A stretch of DNA of 64,000 nt from Mobula hypostoma (lineage: Eukaryota), in NCBI RefSeq assembly GCF_963921235.1, contig NC_086108.1, positions 23,622,001 to 23,686,000 on the forward strand, given 5' to 3'. Each line of letters begins with the position of its first letter. Within the stretch, counting starts at the first letter, position 1. The translations under genes and the position numbers were made by a program. This document shows, piece by piece, positions 54,367-64,000 of this stretch. The notes below the pieces were generated by a model. It was not told where the DNA came from and ran no database searches. It saw only the letters and a program-made list of their open reading frames with translations.

Positions 54367-54959
54367 GGTAATACTCTGGTTCCGTTGGCTGTGTAAGTCT
54401 AGGGAAGACAATCTCTGGACCCGCCAAACACTGGAGATTGAAGTGCAAGCCCCCCAAATCCCTCTGTTTGTGTGGATGCCGCATGATTTGTTACTGTTAC
54501 AAATTATTACCACAAAATAACAGACAGTACACTGCAGACAGTTAAAGGATTTAGCTTTATAATTCTTAATTTAACTAAGTTAGTGAAGGTAAAACAAAAA
54601 CAAAGAAAAAGGGCCCAGGTTAATGAACCAGTCCAATGTGAACAAGTTGGAGCTCACGGTTTCCCCATCGCCAATGCTCATTAGTTGTCCCAGGGCTTGG
54701 TCGAATCTTGGCCCCACTCCGGATCAACTCCTCCAACCTCTTCTCTCCAGTGTCTTCTCTCTTCTCCCTCAATAAAGCCCCAATCCCAACCTTAGTGTTT
54801 CTCGCCGGTGAAAACTCCCCTAAATCTAGCTATCCTAATTGGATAGAATACTATTCTCCTATCTTTAATCTTCAACAGTAACCCAAACAAGCAGTGTACA
54901 CAGAACAGAAGAACATACCAGAGAAAAAAAATATGAACCATCTGAACCAGGGCATTACA
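54367..54959 (-). mobile_element. Solo LTR with 4-bp TSD, inserted in a Rex1 3' tail
   Basis: Inverted ends (G)GTAATACTCTGGTTC and GAACCAGGGCATTACA; CATA at 54363-54366 and 54960-54963. Confidence 0.65.
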
Positions 54960-55275
54960 CATATACATCTCCTATTAGACCCTGAGTTTCATCTTCTTGT
55001 GGACATTCACTGTAACTACAAGGAACACAATAGAATCAATGACAGATTGCACCCAAACACTAATATGCAAAAGACAACAAACTGTGAAGGCAAAGGAAAG
55101 AAAATAAATAACAATAAATATCAAGAACATGATATGAAGAGTGCTTAAAAATGAGTCTATAAGGTGTGGGAACAGATTATTGTTGGAATGACTGAAGATG
55201 AGTACAGTTATCCCTTCTGGTTCAAGAGCCTTATGGTTGAGGGATAATAACGGCTCCTGAACCTGGTGACGTGGG
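54960..55275 (-). mobile_element. Rex1/Babar 3' end fragment
   Basis: Reverse complement resembles 11930-12282. Confidence 0.7.
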
Positions 55276-56201
55276 TTCCCTTGGATATATGAACTCCTAG
55301 AAGGCATTTTTCTAAAGATCCTCATAAAAGACAGTTAATTAATACCAAAATTCTTGTGATGATAACCAATTATTGACGTGGCAAGGAAATTGGCAGGGAG
55401 CTTGTTTGCTGCAGAAGTAAATAATAAAATACAGTTGAAATCCCTTGAAGAGACAGATGGACTTCATTATAGAATTACAGTATAATATAGAATTGAGGAA
55501 ACCATTAGCCAAACATGACTGTGTCAGATTTTTGGCAGAACAATCCAATTTATGCTACTGTTAGCCCACACTCTTACATTCCCACAACTTTACATTCTGT
55601 TATTTCTGCCTTCGGTTCTGAATATTATCATTGCATCTGGTAGTGTCAGTTCGGCTTCTATAGACAACACTCTTACTTCTGTGTCAAACAAGTTGTGGGA
55701 TGTAATGCCTCTCAAGAGACTACTTCACAAAGATCTAGGTTGACGCTCCACTCTCAGAGTCACAGTGCTCCCAATATGCCAGGGCCCTCTCAGTACATGA
55801 AGTCTGGGTGTGTGTCCTGCATCAGTTATACTAATTTGTTCATGTTGCCTCTTCCCATTCTTTCCCCTGTTTTGCTGATTTCTCCCTATTTCAATGGGCT
55901 GTAGATTCTTTTCTGCACAGGTTTTCTGTCCTTCTCATTTACTGCATTCTGATTTGAATGCACTATTAACTATGGTCTGCATGTCCAAGTCCAAATCATT
56001 AATAAATACTGAAAAAGCAGTGGGGAAAATCAAAACACTCAATGCTTCCCTCAGGTCTAAAAAACAGTCACCACCTTATTTTTTTTTTCTATAGTTTAAC
56101 TATTGCCTTTCTTTTACTTCATTACCTTTAATTTTTTGAATCAGGTTCTTCAAATTTTCAAAATGTCAACTCTGACTGTTATTTTATAGGAGATTTATAT
56201 A

Positions 56202-57686
56202 CGTTTCGTGGCCACTTTATTCAGTGTGCTTGTTAATGCAAATATCTAATCAGCCAGTCATGTGGCAACCAGTTTGGGTTAACCACATCTCCTCCATGAT
56301 CTCTGTCAGCCCAAGTGCACCACAAGGCTCTGTGCTTAGCACTCTGCTTTACTCGCTTTATGCTTATGACTGTGAGGCTAAGAACAGCTCAAATGCCACA
56401 TTCAAGTTTGCTGATGACATCACTGTCATGAGCCGAGTCAGCATATTGGAGGAACACTGAAAATCTGGCTGAGTGGGACCACAACAACAACCTCTTACTC
56501 AATGTCAGCAAGATTAAGGAGCCGATTATAGACTGGTTGAATAAAACCAGAGGTCCATGAGATAGTTCTCATCAGAGGATCTGAGGTGGAGAGGTTCAGC
56601 AACTTTAAATTCCTATCAGTTATTATTTCAGAGGACTTGTCCTGGACCCAGCATATAAATGCAATTATAAAGAAAGCATGGCCTCTACTTCCTTCAGAGT
56701 CTGCGAAGATTCAGCATGGCATCTAACACTTTGACAAACTTCTATTGATGTGCAGTGGAGAGTATATTGACTGGTTGCATCAAAGCCTGGTATGGAAACA
56801 CCTTCAACGAAAAATCCTACAAAAAGTAGTAGAAATGGCCTAGTCCATCTCAGGTAAAAACTCCCGGCGTATCTACAGGCTCCTGAACCAAAGAGGATAA
56901 TTTCACTCAACTTCACTCACCCCATCATTGAAATGTTCCCACAACCAATGGATTCACTTTCAAGGACTCTTCATCATATTCTCAATATTTATTGCAATTT
57001 ATTTATTATTATTTTTTTCCCTTTTGCATTTGCACAATTTGTTGTCTTCTGCACTCTGGTTGAATGCCCAAGTTGGTGTAATCTTTGACTGATTCACTTA
57101 TGGTTATTATCCTTTAGACTTATTGAGTATGCCTGCAAGAAAATGAATCTCAGGGTTGTATCTGGTGACATATATGTAGTTAGATAATAAACTTACTTTG
57201 AACTTTGTACTCAATGCATAAGAGCATGCAGACATGGTCAAAAGCTTCAGTTGTTGTTCAGACCAAATATCAGAATGGAGAGGAAATGTGATTTAAATGA
57301 CTTTCACTATGGAATGATTGTTGGTGGTAGACAGGGTGGTTTGAGTATCTTAGAAACATTTAACCTCCTGGGATTTTTACAGTTACCAGTCTTTAGAGTT
57401 TACAGAGAATGTTGTAAAAAACAAAAAAAAACAGAGTGGCATTTCTGTGAGTGAAAACAACTTGTTAATGAGTGAGGTCAGAGTAGAATGGACTGGTTCA
57501 AGCTGACAGGAAGGCGACAGTAACTCAACTAACCATGCGTTACAACAGTGGTGTGCAGAAGAATATCTCTGAATGCACATGTTGAACCTTGAAGTGGATG
57601 GGCTACAGCAGCAGATGAACATGAACATACACTCAGTCACCACTTTATTAATAACAGGAGGTACCTAATAAAGTTGCCACTGAAGG
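56202..57686 (+). mobile_element. Non-autonomous Tc1-like element interrupted by Rex1
   Basis: TIR-like GTGGCCACTTTATT and AATAAAGTTGCCACTGA with TA flanks; Tc1 transposase N-terminus remnant KCDLNDF.YGMIVGGRQGGLSILET at 57251-57454. Confidence 0.75.
56269..57208 (+). mobile_element. 5'-truncated Rex1/Babar LINE
   Basis: APQGSVLSTLLYSLY..DC...KFADD; tail TTACTTTGAACTTTG. Confidence 0.82.
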
Positions 57687-57804
57687 TATAATTATTTTAA
57701 TACAATTAATCATGAAGAGATCCTTGATATGCTTTATTCCTAAACCCTGGAGTCTACCAGTTAACTGTCTTTCAGATTTTCTCCACTAATTGGCTAATTG
57801 GTCT

Positions 57805-59999
57805 GAACATAGAACATAGAACATAGAATAGTACAGCACAGTACAAGCCCTTCGGCCCACAATGTTGTGCCGACACTCAAACCCTGCCTCCCATATAAGC
57901 CCCCACCTTAGATTCCTCCATATACCTGTCTAGTAGTCTCTTAAATTTCACTAGTGTATCTGCCTCCACCACTGACTCAGGCAGTGCATTCCATGCACCA
58001 ACCACGCTCTGAGTAAAAAACCTTCCTCTAATATCCCCCTTGAACTTCCCACCCCTTAACTTAAAGCCATGTCCTCTTGTATTGAGCAGTGGTGCCCTGG
58101 GGAAGAGGCACTGGCTATCCACTCTATCTATTCCTCTTATTATCTTGTACACCTCTATCATGTCTCCTCTCATCCTCCTTCTCTCCAAAGAGTAAAGCCC
58201 TAGCTCCCTTAATCTCTGATCATAATGCATACTTTCTAAACCAGGCAGCATCCTGGTAAATCTCCTCTGTACCCTTTCCAATGCTTCCACATCCTTCCTA
58301 TAGTGAGGTGACGAGAACTGGACACAGTACTCCAAGTGTGGCCTAACCAGAGTTTTATAGAGCTGCATCATTACATCGCGACTCTTAAACTCTATCCCTT
58401 GACTTATGAAAGCTAACACCCCATAAGCTTTCTTAACTACCCTATCCACCTGTGAGGCAACTTTCAGGGATCTGTGGACATGTACCCCAAGATCCCTCTG
58501 CTCCTCCACACTACCAAGTATCCTGCCATTTACTTTGTACTCTGTCTTGGAGTTTGTCCTTCCAAAGTGTACCACCTCACACTTCTCAGGGTTGAACTCC
58601 ATCTGCCATTTCTCAGCCCACTTCTGCATCCTATCAATGTCTCTCTGCAATCTTTGACAATCCTCTACACTATCTATAACACCACCAACCTTTGTGTCAT
58701 CTGCAAACTTGCCAACCCACCCTTCTACCCCCACATCCAGGTCGTTAATAAAAATCACGAAAAGTAGAGGTCCCAGAACAGATCCTTGTGGGACACCACT
58801 AGTCACAATCCTCCAATCTGAATGTACTCCCTCCACCACCACCCTCTGCCTTCTGCAGGCAAGCCAATTCTGAATCCACCTGGCCAAACTTCCCTGGATC
58901 CCATGCCTTCTAACTTTCTGAATAAGCCTACTGTGTGGAATCTTGTCAAATGCCTTACTAAAATCCATATAGATCACATCTACTGCACTACCCTCATCTA
59001 TATGCCTGGTCACCTCCTCAAAGAACTCTATCAGGCTTGTTAGACACGATCTGCCCTTCACAAAGCCATGCTGACTGTCCCTGATCAGACCATGATTCTC
59101 TAAATGCCTATAGATCCTATCTCTAAGAATCTTTTCCAACAGCTTTCCCACCACAGACGTAAGGCTCACTGGTCTATAATTACCCGGACTATCCCTACTA
59201 CCTTTTTTGAACAAGGTAACAACATTCACCTCCCTCCAATCTTCCGGTACCATTCAGGTGGACAACGAGGACATAAAGATCCTAGCCAGAGGCTCAGCAA
59301 TCTCTTCTCTCACCTCGTGGAGCAGCTTGGGGAATATTCCGTCAGGCCCCAGGGACTTATCTGTCCTAATGTATTTTAACAACTCCAACACCTCCTCTCC
59401 CTTAATATCAACATGCTCCAGAACATCAACCTCACTCATATTGTCCTCACCATCATCAAGTTCCCTCTCATTGGTGATTACTGAAGAGAAGTATTCATTG
59501 AGGACCTCGCTCACTTCCACAGCCTCCAGGCACATCTTCCCATCTTTATCTCTAATCGGTCCTACCTTCACTCCTGTCATCCTTTTTTTCTTCACATAAT
59601 TGAAGAATATTTTCATTTACCCTACTCGCCAAGGCCTTCTCATGCCCCCTTCTTGCTCTTCTCAGCCCCTTCTTAAGCTCCTTTCTTGCTTCCCTATATT
59701 CCTCAATAGACCCATCTGATCCTTGCTTCCTAAACCTCATGTATGCTGCCTTCTTCCACCTGACTAGATTTTCCACCTCACTTGTCACCCATGGTTCCTT
59801 CATCCTACCATTCTTTATCTTCCTCACCGGGACAAATTTATCCCTTACATCCCGCAAGAGATCTCTAAACATCGACCACATGTCCATAGTACATTTCCCT
59901 GCAAAAACATCATCCCAATTCACACCCGCAAGTTCATAATTTGCCTTTCCCCAATTAAAAATTTTCCTGTCCTCTTTGATTCTATCCTTTTCCATGATA
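57805..59999 (-). mobile_element. 5'-truncated young CR1 with a nearly intact RT domain
   Basis: 458-aa ORF 57877-59253 with YRPVSLTS, YMDFSKAFD, GVPQGSVLGP, FADDTK; (GAACATA)3 tail. Confidence 0.95.
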
Positions 60000-61149
60000 A
60001 TTATAGAGACCAGGTCTGCATTTGCTAATGTTATCTCCCTCTAGAAGGAGACTTCGGCTAGAACTCAGATGACCAGAGATATAAAGTATGAAAACAGACC
60101 CTTTGGCCCACTGAATGCACACTATCCATTTACGCAAATCCACTTTCAACTGTCCTGCAACAATACGTCCAAAACCTATAATCACTATCTTCTAGGGTAG
60201 TGTGAAAATATATCTGTCAGCTGTCTGGCAGACACTGGGGTAAAACTACACTGGAACAGGCAAAGGCACAAAGAGATTAGACACTAAGTGAATGCTCAAG
60301 GGCAACTAGTTGCCACTTCTATGTATGCTACAATTCTAAATTTTGCTTGCTCTATATATTTTGGAATAGTAGAATTGAAGTTGACAATGGATATGGACTG
60401 ACATCACAATCCACCCACTCTGTACATCAAAGATGCAAATGATGAGTAGGCCCTCTTCCTTCAAGTCTGATGGACCATCTAACAATTAAAATTGACCTAA
60501 CTGTAACATTAACAGCACTCCTATGCAACCACAGTAATCTTTTGAGCAATTGTTTACCTCTGTCTTAAGGAAAGACTTACAAATCTCACTTCTGAGAGTA
60601 TGACGTGGCTTTCCGTTTTACGCTGATCCCAGAAGAGAAGATGTCCTCTCTAGATCTGTTCCAAATGCAGTTTCATCAATATTCTTCATAACTAAAACAT
60701 AACCTTCCTAGCTCTGTATTCAGTTTGCCTCAGATAAATCTATTTCCTCATACTTTAAGTACCTGCTATTATCTGCTTTTTGTGATTTCATTTTTCAGTA
60801 CTAGATCCTGCACCATTTTCTCTCTTTTAAGGCCAACTTTAATGCTGGGTGCTGATCTGGAAAATTCTGTGACATGCTTTGGTCTAGAGAATTCTCTAAA
60901 AAGTTCTCTCATGTACATTTCAGTAATTCCTTCACCTCTTTGATCTGGTGGATCCAGCTCCTTATAAAGCAGTATTTTATCTGGAAGATCTCACTGGAAT
61001 AATCACACACTTGACGAAAGGTCTCGGCCTGAAACCTCGACTGTACCTCTTCCTAGAGATACTGCCTGGCCTGCTGCGTTCACCAGTAACTTTGATGTGT
61101 GTTGTTTAATTTATTAATGGCTTCACCTCTATGCAATCTAATAGAAAAT

Positions 61150-63290
61150 CCAATGAAAGACAAGGACTCTTTATGCGCCATTGTCTCCTGTACCATCACC
61201 AACCTTATTGACTTCTACCCACTCTCACCAACCTTATAGTTCCCTTACCCCGCACCTCCCGTTTCTACCTCCTTCCCAATATCCATAAATCTGGCTGTCC
61301 AGGTAGAGCTATTGTTTCTGCCTGTTCCTGATTCACTGAACTTATATATCCCCATTATCTCAACTCTGTTTTATACTGCCCCCCCCACCCCAGTTCTCCT
61401 ACGTACATCCGAGACACTTGACACGCTCTTGACCTTTTCAATGACTTCAGGTTTCCTGGCCCCGATAGTTTCATTTTCACTATGGATGTCTAATCCCTAT
61501 ACATCTCCATTCCCCCATCAGGAGAGCCTTAAAGCTCTTTGCTTCTTTCTGGACAACAAACCCAACCAGTTTTCCTGCACCAACACTCTCCTCCACCTGG
61601 CTGAATTGGTCCTCACCCTCAATAATTTCTCCTTTGGCTCCTCCCACTTCCTTCAAACCAAAGGTGTAGCAATGGGCATTCACACAGGTCCTTTTTGTCA
61701 GCTAGGTGGCACAGTCCATGTCCCAAGCCTGCACTGGTATTGCTCCCCAACTCTTCCTGCACTGCACCAGCGACTGGATTGGTGCTTCTTCCTGCACCCA
61801 TGCCGAGCTCGTCGACTTCATCCACTTTGCCTCCAACTTCCACCCTGCCCTCAAATTTACTTGGTCTATTTCCGACACCATTCTTCCTTTTCTCGAACTC
61901 TCTGCAGACAGTCTATCTTTTATAAACCCACTGATTTTCACAGCTATACGGACTATACTTCTTCCCACCCTGTCACTTATAAAAAATGCCACCCCCTTCT
62001 ATCAGCTCCTCCATCTCCACGCCATCTGCTCTCAGGATGATGCTTTTCATTCTAAATCTACTGAGATATCCTCCTTCTTCAAAGAAAGAGGATCCTCTTC
62101 CTCCACCATCACTGTTGCCCTCACCTGCATCTCTTCCATTTTGCCAGGTCTGCCCTCAACTCCATCTTCCCACCACCGCACCAGGGATAAGGTTCCTCTG
62201 GTCCTCACCTACTACCCCACTAGACTCCACGTCAAGCACATAATTCTCCACAACCTCTGCCATCTCCAACCACCAAGCACCTTTCCCTCCTCCCCACTTT
62301 CCACTTTCTACAGGGATCCGTCCCTATGTAACTCCCTTGTCCACTCTTCCCTCCCTACTGATCTCCGTCCTGGTACTTATCCTTACAAGATGAACAAGTG
62401 TCACACCTGCCCCTATATCTCCTCCCTCATTACCATTCAGGGCCCCAAACAATCCTTCCAGGTGAAATGACATTTTATCTGAGAGTCTGTAGGGGTTGCG
62501 TGCTGTATCTAGTGCTTCCCTCACCCCCATCCTCCCACCGCTGCACCAGGGATAGGGTGGTGCATTGATGGTGGAGGAAGAGAAGCCTCTTTCTTTGAAG
62601 AAGGGGGATATCTCAGTAGTCTGTAGGGGTTGTATACTGTATTCAGTGCTCCCAGTGTGGCGTTCTGTACATTGATGAGACTTGACATAGACTGGGAGAC
62701 CACTTCACAGAGCACTATGCTCTGCCTGCCAGAAAAGAACAGTATCTCCCGGTAGCCACTCAGTTCAACTTTACTTCCCAATCCACGGCCTCCTCTACTG
62801 CCACGAAGAGGCCACACTTAGGTTGGAGGAGCACCACCTTATATTCTGTCTGCGTAGCCTCCAAACTGATGACATGAACATCGATTTCTGGTCATTGCCC
62901 CCCTCCCCCTTTCACCATTTCCCATTCCTGTTTCCCTCTCTCATCTTATTTCCCTCTGGTGCTCTTCCTCCTTCCCTTTCTTCCATGGTGTCCTATCAGA
63001 TTCCCCCTTCTTCAGCCTGATATCTCTTTCACCAATCAACTTCCCACCGCTTTACTTCACCCCTCCCCCTCTCTTGGTTTCACCTATCTCCTACCATTTT
63101 GTTCTTCTTCCTCCCCTCCACCACCTTCTTACTCTGTCTTCTCGTGTTTCTTTCCAGTGACGATGAAGGATCTTGGCCTGAAACATTGAGTGCCGACACG
63201 TTTCCATAGATGCAGCCTGATCTGCTGAGTTCCTCCAGCTTTTTGTGTGTGTTTCTTTGGATTTGTAACAGCAACTGATTTTTTTCATAT
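61150..63290 (+). mobile_element. Decayed Penelope-like element (RT, GIY-YIG, pseudo-LTR)
   Basis: LAELVLTLNNFSF..HFLQTKGVAMG, FHPALKFT, KVPLVLTYYP, CHTCPY, EEHHLIFCLRSLQ.DDMN; degenerate hammerhead at ~63155-63192. Confidence 0.88.
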
Positions 63291-63304
63291 TTGTGACTGT
63301 TTAT

Positions 63305-63720
63305 GATAATCAGCATGGGTTTGTTCAAGGGCAGTCATATCTCACAAATTTGACTGAGTTTTTTTTAAGAGGAGACCAAGGGCAGAGTGGTAGATATGGA
63401 CTTTAGCATGGCCTTTGAAAGATCCGCTATGGTAGGCTGGACCTGAAGGTTAAATCACATGGGATCCAGTGTAGATAACAAGCTGGATGTAAAACTGGCC
63501 TGGTGGTAGGGAGACAGATGGTGATAGTAGAGGTTTGTTTTTGAGACTGAAGATAAATAACCTGTGGTATACTACAGTAATAAGTTCTGGCTCCTTTACA
63601 ATTCTATATATACAATATATATTAATGATTTGGAAGGGACTGTAGGTAGCTGATTAAAAACTTGCATATGACACTAAATTTGGTGGGAAAGTGAACAGCG
63701 ATGGTTGTCTAAGGTTATAA
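63305..63720 (+). mobile_element. Old CR1 RT fragment
   Basis: NQHGFV.G, MDFS.AF motifs with indels. Confidence 0.7.
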
Positions 63721-64000
63721 TATGGGGAAATGTACATTAGGGTCTTAAGCACATATATATACGTAGGGTGCCTAAGACTTTTGCACAGTACTGTAGTAAT
63801 TTTATGTATTGCACTGTACTGCTGTTGCAAAAGAAAACAAATTACATGACAAATATGAGTGATGAACCTGATTCTGATATGAGTCTCTATTATGGACTGA
63901 GATTTGAAAAGGGGCAGGGAGAGGGGAATTATGTTTGGGAAAAGGGGAAGGGAGAGGGGATAGAGCAGGAAGCACCAGAGAGACACTCTCTGATGATCAA

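Noticed and set aside
1..64000. CRISPR array or prokaryotic defence/RT system
   Set aside because: No regularly spaced repeat-spacer array or operon structure; all RTs fit eukaryotic retrotransposon clades.

Overview
Eukaryotic, repeat-dense genomic DNA. The repeat repertoire (esterase-type CR1, Rex1/Babar, Penelope-like elements with short pseudo-LTRs, RTE, L1, Gypsy, Tc1/pogo/Harbinger-like MITEs) points to a vertebrate, most likely a cartilaginous fish such as a ray (inference). The only host coding sequence I can support is one 136-bp minus-strand exon (28753-28888) matching astrotactin-1 (ASTN1), so the window appears to be mostly two large, transposon-filled introns. Nearly all ORFs in the track are decayed retroelement fragments or antisense noise. 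The strongest second-look signals are: (1) a complete Gypsy LTR element with no tRNA primer site, whose primer position is instead complementary to its own LTR (candidate self-priming); (2) about nine minimal hammerhead-ribozyme motifs at Penelope termini; (3) a full-length L1 carrying a short 3' transduction. No bacterial-type systems, CRISPR arrays or rRNA/tRNA genes are supported. Boundaries of decayed repeats are approximate, and family names come from motif recognition, not database searches.
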